A stretch of DNA of 64,000 bases from Tubulanus polymorphus. Its lineage: Eukaryota; Animalia; Nemertea. Location: positions 13,052,485 through 13,116,484 of the forward strand of contig NC_134027.1 in assembly GCF_964204645.1 (NCBI RefSeq). Direction: 5' to 3'. Of the stretch, positions 38,095 through 50,288 are shown in pieces (the stretch's first letter is position 1; each line of letters begins with the position of its first letter). The notes beneath the pieces are model-generated. The model saw nothing but the letters and a program-made list of their open reading frames with translations. It did no database searches and was not told where the DNA came from. The position numbers were made by a program, and so were the translations under genes.

Positions 38095-40464
38095 CTACAG
38101 AGATAGACTGTAATGTTGAATATCCATCTTACAAACACAAAGATACTTGGTATCTTTGTAAACTAACACATGGACGATTCTGACAAAACACGGTAATTCT
38201 TCTTCAAAGCCAAGCAGGAGAATTTCATTTGGCATGTAACAATGTCCATTTGCTAGAACCCTTGGGCTCACCATGGCCCTATTTATTGTGAAATCTGGAT
38301 CCTTTGCCATAAGGTATGTTCTCATAATATCTACATGATTATGTACATTGATATCTAACATAGAACCCATGCAGACAGTATCGTGTGATTTGAGAAAATT
38401 GCTACTAAAGCTGTAAGTGAGCCACCGCTGATGTTTGACAGCCATTGATTTGGGGATATTTTTGAAGTTTTTCCATCGAAGTTGCTTGAAGTAGGCATGT
38501 TTAGCCTCGAACCGCATACACCAATGGTTTCGTAAGGGGCCAAACATAGCCATTTGTGATGGCAAATGCAGCAAATAGTGCATTTTAGGAGTAATGTTAA
38601 TAGCTGGGTATAAGTCTCGAAATCTTTGATTATGCTGAGTAACAAGAATCTCCAAAAATGTCATGGTATCCGCCGATATTACTGGAGATAAACAAAGAAT
38701 TTTAATCTTCTGTAACCGCAGCCAATTTTTCCAGTACTCATTGTGACTAGGTATGTCAATAATAAAAGGTAAAATAAACATAAGAATTTTCATTTCCTGT
38801 GCACTTTGACCAAGCTTTCCACTAGTTTGATTGTTAAGGAGCTTCTTGTCAATTGCTTGAGGCTTGTCTTTTTGATCTAAAAAGCTATATTCAAAGTTTT
38901 CAATAGCACTGTTTAATGCACTTAGGGAAATAAGGTTATCATCTATAAGCCTTGAAAGAAGCAATTTCGTTTCCATTGGGCAAACACCCTCTAATAGCAC
39001 ATGCATCACATCCATTACCAAGCATTCCGTGACTCTGAACCCTTTAACATCTAAAAGAGTAGATCTATAGTTTATACCATACTCTATACTCATTGCTTTC
39101 CTTTCCTGCCCATCAAGTTCCTCAAGATAATCACACCTTGCTAGGTGTTCTTCTTCATCTCTTTTTTCTGAATCATCAGCATGGAAACAAGTATTTAGAT
39201 TTTCACTTTTGATTTCACATATTCTACAAGGCTTTTTGGCACCACCCACACCCTCTTTAAAACCTCCTATCTCATTTGAGGCTGGAGTGTCTGCTGAAAA
39301 GCAAAATAAAGCCCCATTAGTTCGGTATGGTCCAGTTTTTAGAAGTAATGTGTGCCCATTATATAATACATTTATATCATGCACAAAATTGGCTAGAAGT
39401 TTCTTAAAAGTTTTGTCAAATTTGTTTATGTCTTTCCTCTTTGCCACTGCAATTAACATTATATTTGGTAATTTGGAACGCATCTTTGGGGGAATATTGC
39501 ACAGCATTAGATAAAAAAGAACGATTTTGTGCTTTTTAGTGTGAGTCCCAATGGGATTAACAATTTCTATGTCATCATCGTATGCAAGAAAAGACAATGT
39601 CTTTCGATTTGCAATAAAAACAGGATGATTTTTCACAAATTTTCCATCACACATATCATGTAAATATTCATTTGCACTATCATACGGACCAGAATCTACA
39701 CATTGCTTTACATCTGACTGATTGAGTAAATTTGTAAGGGTCTCGAGTAATGGTATATAATATCCTATTGCAGGTACTCTCTTATACCGAAACTTCCCTT
39801 TGAATTTAATTTTTCTTAATTGATAACCTAAAACAATTCCAATTGGTTTTACTATATCGAAAACCTCAGAAAAGTATTTATCCTGGTTATGAATCGATCT
39901 TAAACCTTCAAAAATGTTTTCTCTATCAGCAAAACATCCACTGACAATATCTTTTTCCTCATCAGTCAAATTAGGAAGTTGATTAAAAAGGTTTTCTTTT
40001 ATAATGAAATTCATATCCTGCAATAAATCTTCCACATTTTCAATAACCCTTGGGGTAGCTTGATGGCTCAATTGAGCACCTTCACGTAAACTGAGCAAAA
40101 ACTGCCCAATACGCTTTTTGAAATTAGCATCCTGCTCAACGTCAGCAATATAATTGTCTATTTCCATCCCCTCATCTTCATTGTGCATACCAGCATCATT
40201 AACAGGTTCCAGTTCATTCACATTATCTTGTTCTACTCTATGGTGCCTGCTTACATGAGTACGATAGGATAAAAAATTAGCATATGTGGCCCCACAGAAT
40301 TGACAGTTTATTCTAAAATTTGGAGCATTTTTGTGTTTCGCCAACAAATGTTTTTGGAATTTATAAGGATCCCTGTTAAAGTAATTGCAGATGCTACAAT
40401 GCCACAGCATTTTATGGAATGTTAAACTTACCACTTTAGGCTTTGTTTCTAATCTGATATTCAC
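38095..40464 (-). CDS. EnSpm/CACTA-type transposase with N-terminal C2H2 zinc fingers (C-terminus probably clipped)
   Basis: 789-aa ORF: CxxC...H fingers, YDDDIEIVNPIG, ADTPASNEIGGFKE, PCRIC, DVMHVLLEG, TPKMHYLLH, GPL...WCMRFEAKH. Confidence 0.9.
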   Translation of the reverse strand: MNIRLETKPKVVSLTFHKMLWHCSICNYFNRDPYKFQKHLLAKHKNAPNFRINCQFCGATYANFLSYRTHVSRHHRVEQDNVNELEPVNDAGMHNEDEGMEIDNYIADVEQDANFKKRIGQFLLSLREGAQLSHQATPRVIENVEDLLQDMNFIIKENLFNQLPNLTDEEKDIVSGCFADRENIFEGLRSIHNQDKYFSEVFDIVKPIGIVLGYQLRKIKFKGKFRYKRVPAIGYYIPLLETLTNLLNQSDVKQCVDSGPYDSANEYLHDMCDGKFVKNHPVFIANRKTLSFLAYDDDIEIVNPIGTHTKKHKIVLFYLMLCNIPPKMRSKLPNIMLIAVAKRKDINKFDKTFKKLLANFVHDINVLYNGHTLLLKTGPYRTNGALFCFSADTPASNEIGGFKEGVGGAKKPCRICEIKSENLNTCFHADDSEKRDEEEHLARCDYLEELDGQERKAMSIEYGINYRSTLLDVKGFRVTECLVMDVMHVLLEGVCPMETKLLLSRLIDDNLISLSALNSAIENFEYSFLDQKDKPQAIDKKLLNNQTSGKLGQSAQEMKILMFILPFIIDIPSHNEYWKNWLRLQKIKILCLSPVISADTMTFLEILVTQHNQRFRDLYPAINITPKMHYLLHLPSQMAMFGPLRNHWCMRFEAKHAYFKQLRWKNFKNIPKSMAVKHQRWLTYSFSSNFLKSHDTVCMGSMLDINVHNHVDIMRTYLMAKDPDFTINRAMVSPRVLANGHCYMPNEILLLGFEEELPCFVRIVHVLVYKDTKYLCVCKMDIQHYSLSL

Positions 40465-41323
40465 ATCTCAAGTGTGCAATAAAGTTTATCAAAACACATA
40501 GATCTGTATATGACCACACACGTATCACATTATGGCTATTAGGACACAAATAGTCAGTTACATCAAGAGATAAATATGCACAAAACTCTAAGGCTTTTAT
40601 AAAATCGTTTGAGCGTCTGAAGTGAATTTCTGCACCCATTGGTAACTACGCAGAAGTTTATTGTTTTTAAACATAAGAGCAAAGCCCTAAGACCTGAAAT
40701 ATCAATGATGATTATCAAATTTTGACACTGAATTCTCACTTTGAGCATGCTTGATACAAGAAATTTGGAGTCCACCGTCTAAACGAATGGATTTTGAGCA
40801 TACAAGTATCCTAAAAACCACTTTCAAATCTTAAAACAAACAACTGCAAAGCTCATTTCATGGCAATTTAGGCAATGTTGAATACTTTATTCAATCTGCT
40901 ATAGACCTATTATACTGTAAACGTGAAGAAATGGGGTTAGGGTTGGTTCAAAATATGATTCAATGACATTTCACAAGGGTTCTCAGCTGGCCACGATGGT
41001 TCAGAGCAGCGTATGCCATTTCTTAGATATTATATCCTTTAGGTTCGAATCCGATTTTGATATTTACCATTACCAACAGTTCATGTTTCAACATTACCCA
41101 ACTTGCCATTTCATGTAGGTAGGCGCATTTGTTTAAAATCAGTTTGTTAAACTCAAATTGTTTCGGTTTATGCCTAGGCCTAGGAAAATAGATGGGTTTT
41201 TTAGACTGCACAGTTTAACTGTGGTTGTATCAAAAAGACTGAGGAGGTGGTAGGCCTATGACTATGTGTTCATAAGTTTAAGAAAAATATTCCCAAAAAT
41301 CAATGTAAGGCCTATAGAAGTAA

Positions 41324-41714
41324 GGTATCAGTTTACCGTCACCCCATAAGTCAAAAGTTGATACTTAATAGGGCCTATAACATCTTTAATTACCTAGAAT
41401 TTTAAAAATGACAGCTTCAATTTATGTTTGATAGATGGCGCTAGTGGTAGCTCAGCTGTCAAAATAAAATAGATGACAAGGCATTCATATTCCAATAATA
41501 ATCTCTTAATTTCAAGATATAAACATCGCAATCCAAACTTCTAAAGCCAATCTACATATTAAATATTGCTTTAAAAAACTTTTTATCAATGACTTTTATG
41601 TGTTTGGTGCATTATGTTCATTTTCTGGATATTAGAACATAAAAGATGAAAAATAATGAAAATTTCCATGCGGGACCCGGCCATCTACGTGGGCGGTGAC
41701 GGTAAACTGATACC
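41324..41714. mobile_element. Kolobok-like non-autonomous element
   Basis: 20-bp TIR GGTATCAGTTTACCGTCACC; flanks GTAA/TTAA. Confidence 0.7.
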
Positions 41715-42241
41715 TTAATTCCATAGGCCTAAGATAAAACATTATCTTTGTCTCTTTAAGTCTAGGGCCCTCTAGACTCCAGCCTATAGCCCATAGTAGT
41801 ATTATACTATAACTGAACGCTAGTAGGCCGCCGGAGGGAATTTCTTAGCGTCGAGTCCCTGTCATTCTCACTCGATTCGATGATCATTTACTGCCGTGCC
41901 GGCGAAAAAATAAGTCACAGCATAGGCCTAAACGTAAGGCAAGGGGAGAAGATGACAGAGAGACAAAACTTACCGCCCTAACCAAAATATTCTCGCTGAC
42001 GAAAGCAAAAGTTCTCCCGACTGCACAATGGCGTCCTACAATCACGTGACTTTTGAAAAATGTTCAAGCGATGTTCTGTAACTGATCGGACATTTTGAGA
42101 ACACGGCTCATTCATGGGTTTCCCACAGGCGTTCTGAGTTGGTATATGGAAGCGCTCAGAACACATTCACAAGATGTGAACACGTTCTTTTAGTGTAAGC
42201 ATGTTCATTAAGTTCGAAATATGTTCCCTGTTTTTAGAGTG

Positions 42242-42848
42242 TTGTCGTTAATCAACGATGAGAATTGTACGACGGAGCGTCAAATAGTTAACGACGAGCG
42301 TTTTCGTTAATCAACGATAAGAATTGTACGACGGAGCGTCAAATAGTTAACGACGACCGTTGTCGTTAATCAACGACAAGAATTATACGACGGAGCGTCA
42401 AATAGTTAACGACGAGCGTTGTCTTCAATCAACGATAAGAATTATACGACGGAGCGTCAAATAGTTAACGACGACCGTTGTCGTTAATCAACGATAAGAA
42501 TTACACGACGGAGCGTCAAATAGTTAACACCGAGCGGTGTCTTCAATCAACGATAAGAATTATACGACGGAGCGTCAAATAGTTAACGACGAGCGTTGTC
42601 GTTAATCAACGATAAGAATTATACGACGGAGCGTCAAATAGTTAACGACGAGCGTTGTCTTCAATCAACGATAAGAATTATACCACGGAGCGTCAAATAG
42701 TTAACGACGAGCGTTGTCTTCAATCAACGATAAGAATTATACGACGGAGCGTCAAATAGTTAACGACGAGCGTTGTCGTTAATCAACGATAAGAATTATA
42801 CGACGGAGCGTCAAATAGTTAACGACGAGCGTTGTCGTTAATCAACGA
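42242..42848. repeat. 59-bp tandem satellite (~10 copies) with an internal hairpin; first partial unit at 30794-30821
   Basis: Monomer gacggagcgtcaaatagttaacgacgagcgttgtcgttaatcaacgataagaattatac with an exact 59-bp period. Confidence 0.95.
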
Positions 42849-44853
42849 CTGCGCGCCAAATTCAAAATGTCGTTGACGCGAACTCGAAGAGTCGAAATTC
42901 AGAGGCGACGTCAAGAAGGAGATGAAACGACCGCGTGTTCGTTCGAAAAAGGAGTGATACTGAATACAGGCGATTTTCATGGTCAGCAGAAATGACATCT
43001 CGGAGTAAGATTACGGAAAAATAGCACAGAAGAATACTATACTATTACTATTACTATTACTATTAGTAATTACAGCGACGAGAGCGTTAAGATGGCATCT
43101 TCAAAGGATTGAATTTAAACAGACGATAATTTGATGGAGAATTAACAATATTTACAGGATTGTAAGTGACGAGTTTATCGGCAGCCCATGGCCGACTGAC
43201 TACACGGCCCCCGGGTGCGTCGGCACCCGGGACTCACTGAGGGCGGGATGTCAAAAACCACTGCAGCGATCCCGGGGTCAGACGACCCGGAGGCCCGTGT
43301 CTTAAATAGAAAGTAAAATTGTCTTCTTACATGATCTGTACGATTTACAGCGTCCGATTCGTAAAACGGTGAAGAAGCAGCAAGATAGAGTTTCTAATGC
43401 GGCTCTGCCAGAGCCAAGTTGCCAATGAGCGCGATTGCGCTAAATTTATAGTTTTCATGCGGTCAACGCACGCGGTGATTGGTCAAGCGTGACGAGCAGT
43501 GATACGCTCCACGGACAAAGTAGAGCACGCGAAATCATTCGACCGTGACGAATGATAAAACCCTAAATAAAGACTTCATACGCGAGAAATACAATTAAGT
43601 TCTATAATATTTTAAGATTAACGCGAAAAATGACGACTATAAGACCGATACGGAGATATTTACTACAAAATAAACCGGAGTCAACCGCACCACCGCGAAA
43701 ACGCTCACACGGAAGTGAGGCGGCGCCAGCGAGCGGCGTCGTAAAAACGAGCGTAAACACTAGCAGGGCTGGAGAATTCTCCGGCGACGAGACGGAACCA
43801 AAACGGCCCAAAATCAAAGAAGTTGGGTCTCAAATATAACAAGAAAATTAATTTTAGAAAATTATTTGACGCCTGGGAAAAAAATGTAGAATTTCTGAGC
43901 TAAGCTAATGTGGAATTGCAAATTTGAAATCGAAGTTTTAAGAAATTTGGGGAATGATGAGATTTGGCGATTGGGTAGATGATACAGGTCTTCGACTCTA
44001 GTAGTGGTTTAAATTTTTTTATTGAAAATTCTCAATAATTGATCGCGAACCTTGCGACCGACTTCATTTACTTATGCCTCTAAGCTGGTCTGCAATTGCC
44101 TCCATGGATGAAGAAAGAGCTCTTCTGATGTCTGCTTCATCATGACTTCGAGCATATCGTGTGGCCTAGCCAGCCGGCCCGGTCCCCGGGCCCGGGCCAC
44201 GGGTTTGGCTGTCACTCGATATCCTAGAGTCTTGAGTCTGGGTGGGTTGAAGTAGACATTGTCATTTAAATGACAATGTCATGTTGTTCTGTATGAATTA
44301 CCCGTGTGTCATGTATGTTGTATTAATTTATTTTAAAATTTGTATTTATTGAATTTGGGAATTTTATCCCGGAATATCAATGTAATAAGGATCAATAAAG
44401 AATTGAATTGAATTGTCACCTTATACACATGCCATCAGAGGATATGGAGCCGTATATGACAGCTATGCTATTATAAATTGCTAATCTCACGAAACTTGCA
44501 TACTCCTAATATCAAACATATTTTCTAAAACGTTTGAATATTGAAATTATATGTTTACACATTTTCATATTGACCGCTTGTAGCCGCTGATGAAATTCAC
44601 GCCGGCCCTACACACATCGTAGATAGCTTCGTCATTCCACCGGCATGCCCACGTCAGGGTCTGACTTTTATATCAGACTTCCGCATCGTGTATACATCCG
44701 CCATTTAACCGAATAATCCGATTTACTTATCATTTCTATTTATGCCTGCCGCTTCTGATATAATCATACATCCTTTACTATTACAATACGTCTTCTAATG
44801 ATATTCAATGCAATATAACATTTCGACGTTCAAATATAGGTCATTATATAATC

Positions 44854-45935
44854 TGTTCCGCGGTCCCTTTCTCTATTGTCTTTTTCCTCTATTACAAACT
44901 CCGGTCCCTGGCGAGAAAGTCGACCACGAACACAGAAACCCGAAAACCAAGGAACAAAAGGAACTCCGGATTTAAATATGATAATACTCAACTTTAATTC
45001 TACAATTTTAACTGAACTATAGTCTCAACAATTTATAAAATTCCCTACCTTTTAATTTAGAATTTTGTTACAAATCCCGCACACAAGAAGATGCAATTCA
45101 ACCGGATAGCCGAAAGTTATCTGTTCTATAGTCTTCTAATGCTTCCCCTGAAAATGCTTTCTAAAAGAGTCCGCTCTCTCTCGAGGTGCGGCCCCTTTTA
45201 TACGGCTGCGTCCACACCCAAGAAAAATCCAGAACCCTGCTTGCGGCCAGCCGTAAAAGGGAACGAGCAACCAACGCAGCACCACGACGCAGAGCTGGGG
45301 TCCTGATTCCTAGACTTTTCATTCGCTGCTAACTTTAACCCGACCCTCGACGTCATGATACCTGCCGGTCTGCTCTCCTTCTCAACCGCACCAAAGAGAT
45401 TACATATATACCATTTTTCCAACCCTAGAACTCATTTATTTTAACTTATCCAATGATTACAATTCCCACAATGAATGGTATTTAATTTTGTCTAAATAGT
45501 AATATACAATGTAAGCCGAAATATCATCTTTCTTATTTATATTCTTTATCATTATTAGTACATTCAAATTTAAACACACAAACTCTTATTAATTAAAATA
45601 ATAAAACTCTTTAATATTACTTTTTAATATTTCTCTTTAATATTACTCCTTATTATCTAATTATCAGACTAAGGGTCAGCGAGTGTTTCATTAGTTGATT
45701 TCATAATTGCTCATTTCCACGAATTCTTCTCATGACTACAGCGCCGTGATTACCTTCAAAGTGATTTAGAATGCTCGTATGATACAAGTATAAATGTTTC
45801 AGACAAACAACCATTAAGGCGGATAATGTATTATCGTACATAAGGAACAATGCGTGTGTTCTCCCAGGACATGCCAAGAAACCTACGTATATAAATCGTT
45901 TGATCTTTTTGAAAGTACAATTCAGCTGCGGATCA
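44854..45935 (-). repeat. 3' LTR (1082 bp)
   Basis: Matches 56890-57956 with about 8 substitutions and 2 indels (2 and 13 bp) by manual comparison. Confidence 0.97.
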
Positions 45936-45948
45936 TCACTCCCCACTC
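45936..45948 (-). other. Polypurine tract GAGTGGGGAGTGA
   Basis: Purine-rich on the minus strand and directly abuts the 3' LTR. Confidence 0.85.
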
Positions 45949-47592
45949 AGCTTAAAATTTCGTCCCGAAATTTTGAATTTAGACAACCTCTGAAACACAA
46001 GCCGACACCTCATGAAAAACCCTGAAAAAGAAAACAGCAACAAACGGATGAAAAACGCCAAATCGCGTCTTTTTCCCCAAAGATATTAACTAGACTATAT
46101 TCTAAAACTACTCGTTAAAGTTCATAGTAATAACACGCACTAAAAGTTCATGATTACAGTTCAACAAAACCACAAATTAAAGTTCAGGATACCCGCTCGG
46201 AAAATGAAAGTATCTTGAGACCGCTGCCTCCGCTAATACCGTAAAAAGTCTAGCACTTAACACCACCGCAATTACGAAGTTTGAAAATATACCGCATGAA
46301 GACGCAACAGCAACCACAACAACACAGTACGCCATGGACGGACGAATGACGTTATCCAACGCAGTTCCTCGCAGCCTAATAATACACCATCCAGCGCGAA
46401 AACACGCAATATCAATGGCTTCAACGTAGAACCAGATTTACGATACAGGAGTCTATAACTTCTCCACAGTTTATATCGCAACATACGAGTCGAAAATACC
46501 ACAACGCTTGTACTACAACGAAGCTGAATACGGCGCGCTGGAACATCGAGTTCATACATCCGCCATTTAGATCGGTTTAACGCAAATGTCGTCGGCGAAT
46601 TTCACGATTTCTTGCATGCAGCCAGGTGTTTTGTCCCCAAGGAGTTATCACAAGTCCGTGAGTATAACGATTTTCGCAAGAGGGACAACACCATTAACAC
46701 TGGCTGACTGCATGACTAACAAAACACTGATACATACATCTCCAGGCCTACGCCTAAACGCAACTGTATAGGCCGGATTTCTTGTCATCGACGGCCTTGC
46801 ATCTTTAAAAATGGACGTGGCTCCGAGTGTCCTATGTCGCGACCATACCAGTTGTTGGCCCATGCTGTTCTATGCGTCCAGCAATAGAGTCTCGGGATAC
46901 CTCCCAACAAGTCCCCATCTCCATATGGTCACTATCAGGGAAGTACCCCTCAACGTCTATCGCAGCAGACAGGAAAAAAAAAAAACAAAAAAAAACGGTC
47001 TTGCATCCAAGTGCTGTCAAGTGCTGTCATGTTGGTCGGTCTCAAACCACTCGAAACGGGTACCCTACAAGCAAAAGACAACGACAATATTACATAACAA
47101 TTAGAGACAACGACAGTCTATCATACAAATTCCATAATCATATTACAAGTCTAGTCTATTATATCGACATTCTTAACAATGAAAAATAAAAGAAATAGAG
47201 CCTTCTGTTTTAACCATCTACTGCTATTAATTTAGTCAACAAAATTTCGTCGCTATGATGACCCTACTCGTTTCATTGTTCGTTTAATTAATTGTATAAC
47301 TTAATGCGTAAACGTATATCCGACATGAATATCACCTAAAGTAACAACTTAGATACGCATAAAATATCATATATGGTTATCATATATCGTATAATTATCC
47401 GTAAACGAAAATGACATGATCAGCCTGATCAAATAACAATTGCAAAATAATCTTATCACGACTATACTTACAAAGCCGTCTTATAAATTCAGGAAAAAGT
47501 GCCCATAGGACACTCCTGCCAGAATATTAACATCGCGAGGAGAGTATAACACTAACTCCTCCAAATGCGATGTTACTAAGTGATTCAAAATC

Positions 47593-50228
47593 TCAATAAA
47601 GACGTGGATACAGACGACCCTCATTTGCCAACATCGATCGCCTAGGTATGTCGAAGGACGGAGGACCTGATGGCAAATGATTGGCCAACGACGATTCTAG
47701 GACCAGAATGCTCGGTTGTTGACTGTCGGTCTGAGCTTCAACGTCAACAGCGACAATTTCAGGTTCAACTGATGACACTACGAGTTTCGCCGCTTCTCTC
47801 AGTTCCACACGCAACGAACGATAATTAGCCACAACGATTGCTTTACTAGATACCGATAACATCTGCCTCATTTCAAACAGACTTATCTTCAGAGGCACCG
47901 AGCATGATTTTGGTAAATTATAAACCGTCCCCTGTGAACAGGTCATTTGTTTTTCGTGCCAAGTTAAATTCAATCGAGCAACCCCACAAGTGACCAGTAA
48001 GGCGACTCTAGTAAGAGCTGGTGGCTCTAAATAACATTCAGATTTACATCCAGACAGCGTTAGTAAAGGTAAATCGAGCCTATGTATTCCATTCTTAATT
48101 CGCAGCATCAATCTAACTGGATACTTACCAGGCGAGCATGCTGCAGGTAAACAATGCCTGCATCTATAAAATAAAGCACGTAACAATGGTCGAAAAACAA
48201 TTATCAAAATTCCCACTACGATTAACAAAAACAGAACAACATCCACCCGAATATTTTCAGCCATGACCACTTCCTTGATAACTGAATTATTCCAACCTCC
48301 AGAACGTAAATCGTGAATAGAGGGGTGAACTGTGACCATGGCTTGAGCGGGCGGAAGAAATCCTGCTCCTAACACTGGTATTAATCCTTGAGATTTTAAC
48401 AAAACAAATATCGACAGTAACATGCTACCTGCGGATAGACCTATTGCAAGCCAAGTCATCCAACCAGTGCTACCACCATTTGAAATAACTGGCTCCTGGT
48501 GATCAAATAATGCATCGGCTTGGGAACGGTAAAGTTTTGACTCTTGACTGACAGTTTGGGCCAGTTTCTTAAAATCCATACTAAATTTAGTATCAACTGC
48601 CGCTACCTTTGACCAATTGTTGGTTTTAAAATCCAAAACAGGCAGCGGTGCGTATGGTGTACCTTGGAACATCGTGGCTCCAGTAACATTTGAAACTGCA
48701 TTTTTCCCAAAGAAACTATGAAGGACGGGAAGGTTCACAGCGTGTGCAATAGTTACAGTGTCCTTTTTTATGCATTTATTAATTCGACCAGGGACATAAA
48801 ACGTTGAACCCCGCAATGCTCATGCACAACCAATTTTAATTAAGCAAAAACGACATGCTGGAATCGCTTGTGGTGACTTGCTGGGGCATGCGAGAGTCCA
48901 AAAGTCATCACTGCCTGATACGAGGAAATAGCCGTCGCCCACATCAGCCGCTAGTTCGGCGAGGCCCCCGACCTCGTACCTTATGTGACATAGCGCTAAC
49001 ACCCGCGAGGGCCTGTCGAAGAAAAGACTACTTAGGCACGAATCAACGGTAATTTCGCGCATGGAGACGCGCTGCTGGCAAGTCATCACATCAGTACCAT
49101 GACAAGTGGAAAAGATATCATGGCCCATTTCTGTATAATAGTTACCATCCCTGGTCGCGCCAAAATACGGGGGCGTCCCCACGATCATTGAAGTGTTATA
49201 TGATGTGGCGTTTATTGGGACCGGCATAAGGACCACGGAATACAAATCAAAATAGGTCTGACTAGACTGTAACGGAATTTTGACGGATATATAAACATAT
49301 TTATCTGACTTGGTGAAACAAACATCCTCGACCATATAATAGTACCCCACCTCTCTATTAGCTATAGAAAAGCCTGAGTGCATTCTATTAAGTTTTTCCG
49401 ACACGCCGTCAAGAACGGTAGACAACATTTTAGGGTTGACCAGGGCCCGTGGCAAATATCCCTCCAATAGTTTTTCAATCCCCTGTAGCCACTCGCCCGA
49501 AACTGTCGTCAACCTCTCCACTAGAATTATATTTCGTATCGTCATGTCGGCCGCCAATGCCAGCATGCTAGCATCAACGCTTCGACTCAATAGTGCTCCT
49601 CGAATGGACTTTAACTCTTTAGAATTAGCAACGTACGCCGAAGTCAGACTACTGATCCATCTGTCGCATTGATAAACGAGGAAAGTGTCCCCTGTATATG
49701 GGTAATCTGATCTGAATTGAGCTTGACGATCTTCTCGACTTTCTCTACGTGTGACTCTACTTGTTGGACTTCGTCCTCGGTAGCTGTACCGGACAAGGAA
49801 GAAGAAATCGAACCTATCCAAGAAAGCGGTGCTCGTTTGACTCTTTGCCCATTGGCGTGTCGTTTCTTTCGGGAACTGGCGTTTGCCGCATCCGGGATCA
49901 TTCTCCTCACATCAGCTAATTGTCCCCTGATGTGAACTAACGTGTCCAACTGAAGACGATGTGCCTCTCGATACATCGCCGCATAACCGATGCAATGAGC
50001 GCGAATGATAGGTTGTACAAGCGAACAGCGTAGTCGCAGACCTTTACTTGGCGGGTCGTCGACTACCAGCCACGGTATTGCAAACGTGTGGAACCACGCA
50101 CTATCCCCGTTATGCACTCCACCTATTCTGTGAAAAGCCGCACCGTAGTTCGGCCTCAAAACTGTAGCTGGCGTTGACCCATAAGCTTGGGCGAACCAAA
50201 GAACCAGTAGTACGAGCGCAACCTGCAT
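47593..50228 (-). pseudogene. env: F-type (class I fusion) envelope glycoprotein, ~880 aa, with one frameshift and one in-frame TGA
   Basis: Signal peptide MQVALVLLVLWFAQAYG; furin sites RKKR and RVKR followed by fusion peptide APLSWIGSISSSLSGTAT; heptad repeat; Cys-rich region; two TM helices. Confidence 0.88.
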
Positions 50229-50288
50229 TCTGAAAAGATAACAATGAGCCACGTCAATATGGCAAACTTTGGAACAGTCGTCGTCCTA

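Larger units (their letters stand above)
30822..42241 (-). mobile_element. CACTA/EnSpm (CMC superfamily) DNA transposon, 11.4 kb
   Basis: TIRs CACTCTAAAAACA / TGTTTTTAGAGTG; 2-bp TSD TT (30820-21, 42242-43); AGAACA subterminal repeats; transposase plus a second spliced gene. Confidence 0.92.

Noticed and set aside
42242-42848. CRISPR-like array with palindromic repeats
   Set aside because: Units are contiguous near-identical 59-mers with no unique spacers; there are no cas genes and the context is eukaryotic
43630-43839. Host gene first exon (basic, NLS-like 69 aa)
   Set aside because: Short, no recognisable domain, no downstream exons identified; cannot be supported
45091-45946. ORFs within the LTRs
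   Set aside because: Not preserved in frame between the two LTR copies (2-bp indel) or running across the LTR boundary
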